Of a stretch of DNA of 64,000 nucleotides, positions 34,368-44,210 are shown piece after piece (position 1 is the first letter of the stretch; the number at the start of each line of letters is the position of its first letter). The stretch spans positions 16,291-80,290 of the forward strand of contig JBHIAV010000005.1 of the NCBI GenBank assembly GCA_046758745.1, given 5' to 3'. The notes below the pieces were generated by a model. It was not told the origin of the DNA, did no database searches, and was given only the letters and a program-made list of their open reading frames with translations. Origin of the DNA: Gemmatimonadota bacterium (GTDB taxonomy: Bacteria > Gemmatimonadota > Gemmatimonadetes > Palauibacterales > Palauibacteraceae). The translations under genes were made by a program, and so were the position numbers.

Positions 34368-36032
34368 CTAAAAAAGCCCCTCGATCCGTCCGTCCGGGTG
34401 CACACGCATCGCCTCTGCTGCGGGTCGGGCCGGCAGCCCGGGCATCGTCAACACGTCGCCCGTGAGCGCCACCACGAACCCCGCGCCCGCCGAGAGTCGA
34501 AGCTCGCGCACGGTGACCTCGAAGTCACACGGCCGGCCGTGCAGAGCCGGATTGTCGCTGAGCGAGTATTGGGTCTTGGCGACGCACACCGGAAGGTCCC
34601 CATAGCCCGCCGCCACGAAGCGCGTCACCGCTCGCTCGGCGGCGGGGAGCATGTTGATGCCGCGTGCACCATACGCCCGGGTGGCGATGGTTTCCAGCTT
34701 CTCGGCGAGCGGCACCTCGAGCGGATAGAGGGGCCGGAAATCGGCACCGTCATCCTCCAGAAGCTGGAGGAGACGAGCGGCCAGGGACTCGCCCCCCTCA
34801 CCCCCCCGCGCCCACACATCCGCCGTTTCGCACGGAGCGCCGGCCTCCTTGCACAGCTCGGTCACCGCGGTCAGCTCCTGCTCGGAATCGGAGGCGAAGC
34901 GGTTCACCGCGACGATGGTGGGCACGCCGAACTGCTTCACGTTCTCGATGTGGTGAAGCAGGTTCGGGAAGCCCGCCCGCACGGCTTCCGGGTTCGGGTG
35001 GGTCAGCTCCGCGGCCGGAAGGCCCGCGTGTCGTTTCAGCGCGCGTATCGTGGCCACGACGACTGCAGCGTGGGGCGTCAGCTTACCGGTGCGGCACTTG
35101 ATGTCGAAGAATTTCTCCGCCCCCAGCTCGGAGGCGAAGCCCGCCTCGGTCACCACGATATCTCCGAGCGTCAGCGCCGCACGCGTCGCGATCAGGGAGC
35201 TGCACCCATGCGCGATGTTGGCGAATGGCCCGCCGTGCACGAAGGCGGGTCCCCCCTCCAGCGTCTGCACCAGATTCGGAGCCAGCGCGTCCCGCATGAG
35301 GAGCGCCATGGCGCCGCTCACCTTCAGCTCGGCGGCCGACACGAGCGTGCCGTCGGATCGCACCCCGAGCACGATGCGTGCGAGCCGCTCCTCGAGGTCT
35401 CGCAGGTCGGTCGCAAGGCAGAAGATCGCCATCACCTCGGACGCCGCGGTGATGGTGAACCTCTCCTCGCGGGGGACACCGTTCAGCGCACCGCCCAGAC
35501 CGACCACCACCCGGCGTAGGGCTCTGTCGTTCATGTCGGTCGCTCGTTGCCACTGGATGCGCCGCGGATCGATCCCGAGCGAGTTCCCACGGTGGAGGTT
35601 GTTGTCGAGCGCCGCGGAGAGAAGGGAGTTGGCCGCCGTGATCGCGTGGAAGTCCCCGGTGAAGTGGAGGTTGATCTCCTCCATCGGGAGCACCTGGGAA
35701 TACCCACCCCCGGCCGCCCCACCCTTCATCCCGAACACCGGGCCGAGCGACGGTTCCCGCAGGCAGAGAACCGCGTTTCGGCCGAGCCGGCGAAGGGCCT
35801 GTACGAGTCCGACCGAGACCGTGGATTTTCCCTCCCCGGCCGGCGTCGGCGTCATGGCGGTCACGAGGACCAGCCTGGCTGTGGGCTTTCGGGCGAGCAG
35901 AGTCTCGAGGTCGACCTTGGCGACGTAGTGTCCGTACAGCCGGAGCTCTGCCTCTCCGAGCCCCAGCTCTTCGGCGACCTCTCGGATCGGCCGCAGGGTG
36001 GCGCACTGCGCGATCTCGATGTCCGTCGGCAT
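34368..36032 (-). CDS. fhs: Formate--tetrahydrofolate ligase
   Basis: TPTPAGEGKST, REPSLGP, KGGAAGGGYSQ, HGGPFANIAHG, GAEKF, AKTQYS, TMPGLP. Confidence 0.96.
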   Translation of the reverse strand: MPTDIEIAQCATLRPIREVAEELGLGEAELRLYGHYVAKVDLETLLARKPTARLVLVTAMTPTPAGEGKSTVSVGLVQALRRLGRNAVLCLREPSLGPVFGMKGGAAGGGYSQVLPMEEINLHFTGDFHAITAANSLLSAALDNNLHRGNSLGIDPRRIQWQRATDMNDRALRRVVVGLGGALNGVPREERFTITAASEVMAIFCLATDLRDLEERLARIVLGVRSDGTLVSAAELKVSGAMALLMRDALAPNLVQTLEGGPAFVHGGPFANIAHGCSSLIATRAALTLGDIVVTEAGFASELGAEKFFDIKCRTGKLTPHAAVVVATIRALKRHAGLPAAELTHPNPEAVRAGFPNLLHHIENVKQFGVPTIVAVNRFASDSEQELTAVTELCKEAGAPCETADVWARGGEGGESLAARLLQLLEDDGADFRPLYPLEVPLAEKLETIATRAYGARGINMLPAAERAVTRFVAAGYGDLPVCVAKTQYSLSDNPALHGRPCDFEVTVRELRLSAGAGFVVALTGDVLTMPGLPARPAAEAMRVHPDGRIEGLF

Positions 36033-36090
36033 CCCCTCCCCTTCCTCCTCCTCTCCTACTGGTCGAACCGGTCAGGCTCGAGCTGTCGCC

Positions 36091-37140
36091 TCACGCGCGG
36101 GATCTCGCCGAGGCGGGCCCCCGCCGTCCGACGCCGGCGGTCTCCTCCGCCGGGCAGCCCGCTATGAGCTCACCCCGGGTGACGGGGACGGCGCCCAGGC
36201 GAGATACCTCGATCCCGGCCGCGTGGTTCGCCAGAGCGGCGGCGGCGGGCACGGGCGCGCCGCCCGCGAGCAGCACCGCCAGCGTGGCGGTCACCGTGTC
36301 GCCCGCCCCGGTGACATCGAACACCTCCCGCGCGCGGGACGGAATGGCCAGCGGCGCCGGGTCGTCGCGCGTGAGCAGGAGCATGCCCCCCTCACCGAGA
36401 GTGAGGAGGAGGTGGTCGCACGCCAGGCGTTCCGCCACTCCCCGCAGCACCTCCGCCGCGCGCGGAACCCGCTCCACGCCGAGGGCCGCCGCCAGCTCCC
36501 TCCCGTTGGGCTTTACGAGGAACGCCCCGCGGTAGTCGAAGAAGTGCCGGCGCTTCGGATCGACCAGGGCCGGGATCCCGCGTGTCCGGGCCTCCGCGAG
36601 CAACCGAACCGCGAGGCCAGGCTCGAGGACTCCCTTGTCGTAGTCCTCCAGCACCACGGCGTCGGCCCATCCCAGCGCGCCAAGGGCCCGCGCGGCAAGC
36701 TCCTCCCGAGTGGCGGCGCCGATGGACGAGGTCGTCTCCCGGTCCACCCGAAGCATCTGCTGATGCTTGGCGAGGATCCGCGTCTTGATCGTCGTCGGCC
36801 GGCCACGCTCCACCACTAGGTCATCGCTCCCGATCCCGTGCGCACCCAGCCCCTCGCGGATGAGCTCGGCTTCCGCGTCGGACCCGGTGACCGACACGAG
36901 GCGGCAGGCGGCCCCCAGGGCGGTAACTCCCGCAGCCACGTTCGCCGCCCCGCCGAGGGCGGTGCGCTCCTCCGCCACGCGAACGACGGGGACCGGCGCC
37001 TCGGCCGAGATCCGCTCGACCGTTCCGCTCACGTAGCGATCCAGCATGCTGTCGCCTACGACGAGAACGCGTGCTCCGTCCGCGGCATCCAGAAAGCGGC
37101 GGGCCTCATCGGAACCAACGAGATGGGCGTCCGGTCGCAC
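36091..37140 (-). CDS. rfaE1: D-glycero-beta-D-manno-heptose-7-phosphate kinase (HldE domain I)
   Basis: GDSMLDRY, RISAEAPVPV, GGAANVA, DYDKG, VDPK, DVTGAGDTV. Confidence 0.92.
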   Translation of the reverse strand: MRPDAHLVGSDEARRFLDAADGARVLVVGDSMLDRYVSGTVERISAEAPVPVVRVAEERTALGGAANVAAGVTALGAACRLVSVTGSDAEAELIREGLGAHGIGSDDLVVERGRPTTIKTRILAKHQQMLRVDRETTSSIGAATREELAARALGALGWADAVVLEDYDKGVLEPGLAVRLLAEARTRGIPALVDPKRRHFFDYRGAFLVKPNGRELAAALGVERVPRAAEVLRGVAERLACDHLLLTLGEGGMLLLTRDDPAPLAIPSRAREVFDVTGAGDTVTATLAVLLAGGAPVPAAAALANHAAGIEVSRLGAVPVTRGELIAGCPAEETAGVGRRGPASARSRA

Positions 37141-37322
37141 CTCGCTTCACCTTGCGCCGAAGATGGGGCCTCGGTAACCTGCGCGAGTCCTTCCGGCCCG
37201 GTCCCGGTGCCGTAACGTGTTGCCCCGCAACGGGCTGTACGATGGAGCGGACCGAAGGCCGAATTCGGGCGCGAAGATAGCCGGGATCCGAGAGAGAGTC
37301 AAAAGGCCCGCCGAAACAGCTC

Positions 37323-38153
37323 ATGAGCTCCGCGACGCCCGGCCCGGCACCGATCGCCTTCGCCAACGAGACGCTGAAAGGGTGGGCCTTTCACACCCAG
37401 GAATACATCGGCCTGCTGGGTCGAACTCTTCGCGCCTGTGTCTCGCGGCCCTTCTATTTCCGCGACCTCACGATTCAGATGGACGTCATCGGGGTCGGCT
37501 CGATCATGATCGTCCTCCTCACGGGGCTCTTCACCGGGATGGTGTTGGCCCTTCAGTCGGCCGTCGAAATGGAGCAGTTTGGCGCGGAGATCTACATCGG
37601 ACGGCTGGTGGGAGCGAGCGTGGTACGCGAGCTCGGCCCGGTGCTTACCGCGCTCATGGTCACCGGTCGGGCGGGATCCGGGATGGCTGCGGCGATCGGC
37701 GCCATGGTGGTGACGGAGCAGGTCGACGCGCTGTACACGATCGGCGTCGATCCCGTGCGCAAGCTCGTCGTTCCGCGCTTCCTGGCCGGGCTCATCATGC
37801 TGCCGATTCTGACCATGATCACGGACGTCGTGGCGGTCTTCGGCGGTTTGATCATTGCCCTCTTCAAGATCGGTCTCACCTTCGACCTGTACATGCGGTC
37901 GGTGTACCTCACCCTGGCGGAGACCGGGTTCATACTCCGGTACATCCCCATCGACCTCATCTCCGGCCTGCTGAAGCCGATCTGGTTCGGAGCGATAATG
38001 GCCCTCACCGGCTCCTACTACGGCCTGAGCACGACCGGTGGAACCGAGGGCGTCGGGCGGGCGACCACCCGCGCCGTGGTGACCGCTTCGGTGCTGATCC
38101 TGGCGTTCGACTACTTCCTCACACAGATCCTCATAGTCCTGCTGATAGAGTGA
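37323..38153 (+). CDS. mlaE: MlaE-family ABC permease
   Basis: RELGPVLTALMVTGRAGSG, VTEQVDAL, LVVPRF, GVGRATTRAVV. Confidence 0.9.
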   Translation: MSSATPGPAPIAFANETLKGWAFHTQEYIGLLGRTLRACVSRPFYFRDLTIQMDVIGVGSIMIVLLTGLFTGMVLALQSAVEMEQFGAEIYIGRLVGASVVRELGPVLTALMVTGRAGSGMAAAIGAMVVTEQVDALYTIGVDPVRKLVVPRFLAGLIMLPILTMITDVVAVFGGLIIALFKIGLTFDLYMRSVYLTLAETGFILRYIPIDLISGLLKPIWFGAIMALTGSYYGLSTTGGTEGVGRATTRAVVTASVLILAFDYFLTQILIVLLIE

Positions 38154-38992
38154 AGGCGCGAGGACTCGGAGACAGCGGCGAGCTGCGGCGCGAAGTTCGC
38201 GCCATGGTGCGGAAGGAGCTGGGGCTAGCGGTCGAAGACGACCGCCCCTCCACCCCCGCGGGCGAGGTCGTCATCGAGCTGCAGGACGTGTGGCTGGCCT
38301 ATCCGGACAATCCGGTTCTCCGTGGCATCAGCCTTCAGCTCCTCCGAGGAGAGACCCTGTGCGTCCTGGGGGGCTCCGGCGCCGGCAAGTCTACGATCCT
38401 GCGCCTCATCCTGGGCCTCACCAAGCCGGACGCCGGGGAGATCGTCGTCGATGGCTTGGTGCTCGCGCACGCTTCGCTCGAACAGGTCCTGGAGACGCGA
38501 CGAAAGATCGGAATGGTGTTCCAGGGCGCCGCGCTTTTCGACTCCCTGTCGGTGTACGACAACGTCGCCTTCTATCTTCACGAGCACACCAGCCTGGAGG
38601 AGGAGGTGATCGCGGAGTGCGTGCGCGAGGCGCTCGATTTCGTGGATCTGGACACGGACGTGATCCGCGAGCTCCTGCCGGCGGAGCTGTCGGGTGGCAT
38701 GAAGAAGCGTGTCGGAATCGCCCGAGCGATCATCCACCGACCGGAGATTCTCCTTTTCGACGAGCCCACCAGCGGGCTGGATCCGATCACCACCCACACG
38801 ATCAACGAGCTGGTTCGCAAGCTCCAGCGTGAGATGCGTGTAAGTTCGGTCGTGGTCACGCACGACATTCGATCGGCCTTCCGCATCGCCAACCGGGTCG
38901 CTCTATTGTTCAACGGAGAGATCATCTTCATGGGGAGCCCGGAGGAGATGGTGGGGTCGGAGGAAGAGTATGTGCGGGCATTCCTTCGCTGA
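38150..38992 (+). CDS. mlaF: MlaF-family ABC ATPase
   Basis: GGSGAGKS, FQGAALFDSL, LSGGMKKRV, DEPTSGLDP, VVTHD. Start is 38150 or 38204. Confidence 0.9.
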   Translation: MKARGLGDSGELRREVRAMVRKELGLAVEDDRPSTPAGEVVIELQDVWLAYPDNPVLRGISLQLLRGETLCVLGGSGAGKSTILRLILGLTKPDAGEIVVDGLVLAHASLEQVLETRRKIGMVFQGAALFDSLSVYDNVAFYLHEHTSLEEEVIAECVREALDFVDLDTDVIRELLPAELSGGMKKRVGIARAIIHRPEILLFDEPTSGLDPITTHTINELVRKLQREMRVSSVVVTHDIRSAFRIANRVALLFNGEIIFMGSPEEMVGSEEEYVRAFLR

Positions 38993-39094
38993 GGGACCGG
39001 GCCGCGGGTTCCGGCCCGGCGGTTTCCGCGAAGCGCTGCCCGTCGGCGCGGTCCCCCTCGATTCGCACCGCCGGTCCCGACTTCGGAGGGGAGG

Positions 39095-40075
39095 ATGAGA
39101 CGCGGGACGAGGGTGACGTGGGAGCAGGTGCGCACCGGAGTCGTGCTCATTCTCGGCTTCGCGGTTCTTGCCGTCGGAGTCGTCTTCATCGGACAGACGG
39201 GCCACGTGTTCGGCGAGCGCTATCGCCTCGTCACCCTCATGCACAGCGCGGCCGGTCTCGTCCCGGGCGCCGCCGTGCAGCTGGCCGGCCAGAACGTCGG
39301 CCAGGTGGACGCGGTGGAGCTCATCGAGCCGGACCGGCGGCCGGAGAGTGGCGAGGCGGTTGCCGTGTGGCTGGCCATCAACCGGGAGGTGCAGACCCAG
39401 ATCCGACGCGATTCGCAGGCCCGGGTCCGCACACAGGGCCTCCTCGGGGATCGGATCATCGACATCCGGCCGGGGACCTCCGCGGCCCGAGTGCTTCGCG
39501 AAGGCGACACACTGACGGCGGCCAGCGCACTCGATGTGGATCGACTCTTCGAAGAAGGGGCGGCTGCCGTCAGCGGGCTCTCCGAGGTGGCGAACAACCT
39601 GGCGGACCTCACGCGTCGCCTGCTGGCAGGTGAAGGCTCGCTCGGCCAACTCGTGGTGGACGACGCGCTCTACCGGCGGATGGTCGACCTCTCCGCCTCC
39701 CTCGACACCCTGGTCGAGGTCACGGCGAATGAGAACACGACCTTCGGTCGGTTGCTGCGGGACGACGCGCTGTACCGCGCGCTCCTCGGCGCCGTGGCGG
39801 CCTTCGACACCCTTACGGCGAACATCGCGAGCGGAGAGGGTACGCTCGGCCGCATGCTGATGTCCGATTCCCTGTACGTGGTCCTGCACTCGGTGGTCGC
39901 GCGATCCGACTCCCTGCTCGCATCACTCCAGAGCGGGAAAGGGTCGGCGGGGCGCCTCCTCTCAGACGAGCGACTCTACGAGGAGCTCCTCCGCACCGTC
40001 GTCGAGCTCAACAACATCCTCGCCGAGCTTCGCGAGGAGCCGCGCCGCTACATCCCACCGGTAAAGGTCTTCTGA
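39095..40075 (+). CDS. mlaD: MlaD/MCE-domain protein
   Basis: N-terminal TM, GLVPGAAVQLAG..VG, TQGLLGDR.IDI.PG, repeated GS/TLGRL..DD.LY helices. Confidence 0.88.
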   Translation: MRRGTRVTWEQVRTGVVLILGFAVLAVGVVFIGQTGHVFGERYRLVTLMHSAAGLVPGAAVQLAGQNVGQVDAVELIEPDRRPESGEAVAVWLAINREVQTQIRRDSQARVRTQGLLGDRIIDIRPGTSAARVLREGDTLTAASALDVDRLFEEGAAAVSGLSEVANNLADLTRRLLAGEGSLGQLVVDDALYRRMVDLSASLDTLVEVTANENTTFGRLLRDDALYRALLGAVAAFDTLTANIASGEGTLGRMLMSDSLYVVLHSVVARSDSLLASLQSGKGSAGRLLSDERLYEELLRTVVELNNILAELREEPRRYIPPVKVF

Positions 40076-40134
40076 GGACAACCCGCACCTGCCCTCGGTG
40101 ACGCGCGGCGCAGGCGCGTTCGGCGCTCCTCGTC

Positions 40135-40599
40135 CTACGAGCCTCGAGGCACTTCGGCCGCCGGCCGCGGTGCTTCCTCCGACGCGGGGCTGGCGTGTAT
40201 GATCCGACGCCCCTGAAATGCGGTGGCGAGAAGGATGATGGCGGTGGCCGCTGCGACGATCGTCGTTAGGCTGCCCAGGAGCCTGCCACCCCGGTACAGC
40301 CAGCCGGCTGCTGTCACTCCGCTCGCCAGGGCGCCGAGAAGCGCCCACAGGCCCAGCTCCTCGTGCTCCTCGATCGCCGCCTCGGCCGCGTACCACAAGG
40401 ACCCGACCGTCTCCTCCGCCTGACGGCCGGTGATGTACACGACAGGAGCGGTCAGCCCGGCGAGAACGAGGGAGATCGCCCCATAGCGCATCAGACTATC
40501 TCGGCCCGATGCTTTTCCGGCCCCCATCGCGACCGCGCCGACGATCGCCAGGATGATGGGGAAGTGGTTGGTGACCAGATGGAGGTAGGGCCAGTTCAT
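40135..40599 (-). CDS. DUF2231-like 4-TM membrane protein
   Basis: LHLVTNHFPI, ITGRQAEE, IEEHEE, G..IIH. Confidence 0.65.
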   Translation of the reverse strand: MNWPYLHLVTNHFPIILAIVGAVAMGAGKASGRDSLMRYGAISLVLAGLTAPVVYITGRQAEETVGSLWYAAEAAIEEHEELGLWALLGALASGVTAAGWLYRGGRLLGSLTTIVAAATAIILLATAFQGRRIIHASPASEEAPRPAAEVPRGS

Positions 40600-40653
40600 C
40601 GGGGATTTCCCATCGCCGACGGCGAGGCCATCGCCGCCAGGCACGGGGGTCGG

Positions 40654-41148
40654 CTAACGCTTGCCGTCGCCGTTGGGCCCGACGAGGTCGTGCAGCGTCA
40701 TGAACGCCGTGATCCGGTACCGGATCGACCCACCGGGGAGGGTCACGGTGACCTCCTCTCCGACCCGGCGGCCGAGCAGCGCGCGTCCGATCGGCGAGGC
40801 CATCGAGATCTCGGACTTGTCGAAGTCGATGTAGTCGCCGAAGGCGAGTGTGAAGCTCTCCTCGGTGCGGCCATCGAGGTCGATCACTCGGACCTGAGAG
40901 CCGAAGCCCACGCGATCCGCAGGAATCTGCTCGAGATCGATCTCGGCCAGCTCGGAGAGACGGCGCGAGATGTGGTCGAGGCGGGCCCGCACGAGCTGTT
41001 GCCGCTCGAGCGCGGCCGAGTATTCCGAGTTCTCGCGGAGATCGCCCTGTCCGACCGCCCTCTCGATTTCGGCGGGCAGTACGACCTTCAGCTCGTGCAG
41101 GAGTCGCTCGGACTCCTCGCTCAGTCGCTCCCTCAACCGATCCAGCAC
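40654..41148 (-). CDS. greA: Transcription elongation factor GreA
   Basis: GDLRENSEYSAA, VGFGS, ISMASPIGRALLG. Confidence 0.9.
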   Translation of the reverse strand: MLDRLRERLSEESERLLHELKVVLPAEIERAVGQGDLRENSEYSAALERQQLVRARLDHISRRLSELAEIDLEQIPADRVGFGSQVRVIDLDGRTEESFTLAFGDYIDFDKSEISMASPIGRALLGRRVGEEVTVTLPGGSIRYRITAFMTLHDLVGPNGDGKR

Positions 41149-41289
41149 GGTGGTTTCTCCCTTGATCGGCGGCCGCGCCTCGCGCTCACGTGGGGAGCGA
41201 GGCGGGCCCACCCACCCCTCCCACGCACGGAAGGAACTCGAGAAAAAAATCGCCGCGCGGAACTCGGCGAGCCCCGCGCGACATGGTGA

Positions 41290-41656
41290 TGGAGGTGCCG
41301 GGAATTGCACCCGGGTCCGCGAACCCATCGATCGCAGTCGCTACGTGCGTAGTCGGAGATTCAATCTCGTCGGAGTCGGGCTCACCGACGGCCCGTCACC
41401 GACCAGCCGCTATCGGCTTTACGCCATCTCGCCCCCTGCGCGCGCGGCACGCGCTGCGGGCCAGCCCGATTCTTCGACGCCCGCCGGCCCGCCTCGGGCC
41501 CGGCAGATCGACGGACGGACTACGTCAACTTTCGTTACGCAGCCAGTGCCAAGTTATCGTTGGCAGATGTTGTTTTTCCCGGTGTTTCGCGAGGTTCCGA
41601 GCACCTCGGCACGCTACCACGACCTCAGGAGAACACGTCGAATCTGATTCACCCCC
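41290..41656 (-). ncRNA. ssrA: tmRNA; tag (A)ANDNLALAA
   Basis: 5' GGGGGTG..GATTCGAC; tag GCC AAC GAT AAC TTG GCA CTG GCT GCG TAA at 41564-41535; 3' GGACCCGGGTGCAATTCCCGGCACCTCCA with G3-U pair; extended -10 TGATAACCT just upstream. Confidence 0.93.
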
Positions 41657-41719
41657 AGGTTATCAAGCAGCCTTCATCGCCTGAGGCCCTCGAGGGGGCC
41701 CCGGGCACACTCTTGCACA

Positions 41720-42298
41720 CTAGGAACCATTGATTGTTCCGTCAATCGGCCCGTCCGACCGAGGCCCCGTGCCGAGGGCGCTCCCGCGGCCGCTCGCCTG
41801 CACCCGGGCCCGGTACAGGGCGCGCAGGTGGCGAAGCGCCGGGCCGAGCGCCGGACGGACGGACGGCCCCGGGGGCCCTTCGAAGGATATGCAAAGAACG
41901 CGCCCGGGCCCGGCCGGCCCACCGACCAGGGACCAGCCGACGCCGGAGCCGAAGAGGTCCTCCGAGGAGAGCTGCAGGAGGAGCCCCTCCCGGAGCGACC
42001 AGGTGAACGGGTGGCCCGCCGCCTCCAGGGCGCATCCACCCAGCGATGCCGTCCGCTCTGTCCGTGTCTCCCGCTCGACGACCCACACCTCCCCTTCCAG
42101 CAACCACACCGCGATCCGTGCCGCGGCGAACGCCACGCGAAGGGCATCCAGAAAGCTCTCGAGGGGCGTGGCCTCTTCCCCCGCCCCGGAGAGCCCGGAG
42201 GGGATATCGGTCAGCGAGCGGGCCCGCTCTTCGTCAGAAAACGAGTTCCGGAGGCGCGACCACCAATCGGAGAGCCAGCGTCTCGGCCGATGAATCAA
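41720..42298 (-). CDS. Hypothetical protein (possibly degenerate GAF-like)
   Basis: ORF overlapping the larB stop; no motif recognised. Confidence 0.45.
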   Translation of the reverse strand: MIHRPRRWLSDWWSRLRNSFSDEERARSLTDIPSGLSGAGEEATPLESFLDALRVAFAAARIAVWLLEGEVWVVERETRTERTASLGGCALEAAGHPFTWSLREGLLLQLSSEDLFGSGVGWSLVGGPAGPGRVLCISFEGPPGPSVRPALGPALRHLRALYRARVQASGRGSALGTGPRSDGPIDGTINGS

Positions 42299-43062
42299 TC
42301 GCAGGACGCGAGGTGTTGGTTGATACGGGTGGCGGCGCAGGCGGCTCCATATCCGTTGTCGATGTTCACCACGGTGAGGCCGGGCGCGCAGGAGGTGAGC
42401 ATGGTGAGGAGCGGCGTGAAGCCGCGGAGTGCGGCTCCGTATCCGCGACTGGTGGGCAACGCGATGACCGGCGTCGGAACCATCCCCGCAACCACCGAGG
42501 GGAGAGCGCCGTCCATCCCGGCGGCGACGATGATCACCGCGGCCCGGCGCAGCTCGTCCTGGAGCGTCAGGATGCGATGGAGTCCGGCCACGCCGACGTC
42601 CAGCCGCACATCGACGGGATTGCCGTACGCCCGCGCGGCCACCCGAGCCTCCTCCGCTATGGGCAGATCGGATGTGCCAGCCGTCAGGATCAGCACGCGG
42701 CCGCGCACGTTGGGCGGGGTATCCTCCTTTGCCGGGAGGTGCGCGATGCGACCGGTTGGCGAGACCTCGATCCCGGGAAACTCACTCCGCAGCGCCCGGA
42801 GCTGTGGGTCTGTCGCCCTCGTCGCGAGAAAGCCCTCGCCCCGCCCGGCGAGTCCCGCGCAGATATCCAGCAGCTGAGCCGTCGTCTTCCCCTCGCACAA
42901 CACGGCCTCCGGGTGCCCTAGACGGAGGGCACGGTGATGGTCGAGCTCGGCGAATCCGAGCTTCTCCGTGGGGAAGCCATCGAGCTCGGCCAGCACCTCA
43001 TCGCACCCGATACCACCCGTCGCGAGCCGTTCGAGAAGACGACTCAATCGCTCTCGTCGCAC
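42295..43062 (-). CDS. larB: Nickel-pincer cofactor biosynthesis protein LarB (PurE-like)
   Basis: DHHRALRLGHPEAVLCEGKT, TAGTSDLPIAEEA, DVGVAGLHR, AGMDGALPSV, PTSRGYG, VVNIDNGYGA. Confidence 0.9.
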   Translation of the reverse strand: MRRERLSRLLERLATGGIGCDEVLAELDGFPTEKLGFAELDHHRALRLGHPEAVLCEGKTTAQLLDICAGLAGRGEGFLATRATDPQLRALRSEFPGIEVSPTGRIAHLPAKEDTPPNVRGRVLILTAGTSDLPIAEEARVAARAYGNPVDVRLDVGVAGLHRILTLQDELRRAAVIIVAAGMDGALPSVVAGMVPTPVIALPTSRGYGAALRGFTPLLTMLTSCAPGLTVVNIDNGYGAACAATRINQHLASCD

Positions 43063-43162
43063 TATGCCTCGCCCGTGTCTGTCTGGTCGCCCGGTCCGTC
43101 GGCGGAGCGCCTCCGCCGGTTGGGTGCAAGGTGGGATCCGCCGGCGTGCTACGCCAGCCCTT

Positions 43163-43192
43163 TTGACACGTTTTCGCGGCCCTGGATATACT
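43163..43192 (+). promoter_or_regulatory. Sigma-70-type promoter
   Basis: TTGACA (43163-43168), 18 nt, TATACT (43187-43192), upstream of the PTS IIA gene. Confidence 0.6.
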
Positions 43193-43310
43193 GCGTGCGA
43201 GTCTCTTCCCGGAGGTGGCCGGGGCGACTCCCGGGGCGGCCCGGGAGCGAAACGATCATGCACATCCGTGGGGGTCGACCCGATCCCCTTGTCATAAGGA
43301 GATGGCTGAC

Positions 43311-43763
43311 ATGCAGCTGCGGGATTTCTTCTCCGAGAATGCGATCAATCTGGACCTCAAGGCGCAGACCAAAGACGGCGTCCTCAAGGAGCTCGTACGC
43401 CTGTTCGATCTGGACGAGAAGTCCGAGGGTATCCTCTTCAAGATGCTCAAGCGGCGTGAGAACCTCGGTTCGACGGGAATCGGGAAAGGGATCGCCATCC
43501 CCCATTGTCGATCGCTGGTCGTCAACAGGCTGCGCGTCGCCTTCGGACGTCACAGCGCCGGGATCGACTTCAAGGCGATCGACAAGAAACCGGTCCACCA
43601 CATCTTCCTGATCGTCGCCCCTCCGCTCGAAGTCTCCAACCAGTATCTGCCCGTGCTCGGGAAGATCGCCCAGTTCGGCAAGGAGTCCGACATTCCGGAG
43701 CGCCTGACGCGGATTGACAAGCCCTCGCAGTTTCTGGAGCTGCTTCAGGAGAAGGGGGTCTGA
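43311..43763 (+). CDS. PTS IIA component (fructose/mannitol/Ntr type)
   Basis: RENLGSTGIGKGIAIPHCR, GIDFKAIDKKPV; AAGGAG RBS. Confidence 0.88.
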   Translation: MQLRDFFSENAINLDLKAQTKDGVLKELVRLFDLDEKSEGILFKMLKRRENLGSTGIGKGIAIPHCRSLVVNRLRVAFGRHSAGIDFKAIDKKPVHHIFLIVAPPLEVSNQYLPVLGKIAQFGKESDIPERLTRIDKPSQFLELLQEKGV

Positions 43764-43767
43764 CCGC

Positions 43768-44124
43768 ATGCACCCGCAGCTCGAGATCCTGCTCGAGATG
43801 CAGGACCTCCACAGCCAGAGGCGGGCGTTGCTCGAAGAGCCGACGCGGGAGGTCGAATCGTCCTTCTTCGACCTGGAGATCGACGAGGCCGTACGGATCC
43901 TCGATAAGAAGATCGAGGAGCTGATCGGACGGCTCGAGCCCACCGTGCAAGCCCGATACCGGACGATCGCCGGCTCACTGGGCCGCGCCGTAGTGCCGGT
44001 GGTGAACGGGATCTGTTACGGCTGCTTCGTGGCCGTACCCACGGCGTGGGCCTCGGAGGCGAGCCGCAACGACCGGGTGCGCGTGTGCGACCAGTGCGGT
44101 CGTTTCCTGTATCACGTCGACTGA
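43768..44124 (+). CDS. C4-type zinc-ribbon domain protein (DUF164-like, short)
   Basis: AVVPV..GICYGC...CDQCGRFLY. Confidence 0.75.
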   Translation: MHPQLEILLEMQDLHSQRRALLEEPTREVESSFFDLEIDEAVRILDKKIEELIGRLEPTVQARYRTIAGSLGRAVVPVVNGICYGCFVAVPTAWASEASRNDRVRVCDQCGRFLYHVD

Positions 44125-44210
44125 TCCACCCCACCGCCGAGCCGCGCAGATCGTGAGCTCGTTCCTCTCGGAGGAGAAACGGACCCCGCTCTCCGCCAAT
44201 GCACCGGCCG

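Noticed and set aside
33694-41656. Integrated element at tRNA-Sec or tmRNA
   Set aside because: No integrase, no duplicated 3' end seen, and the flanks are housekeeping genes.
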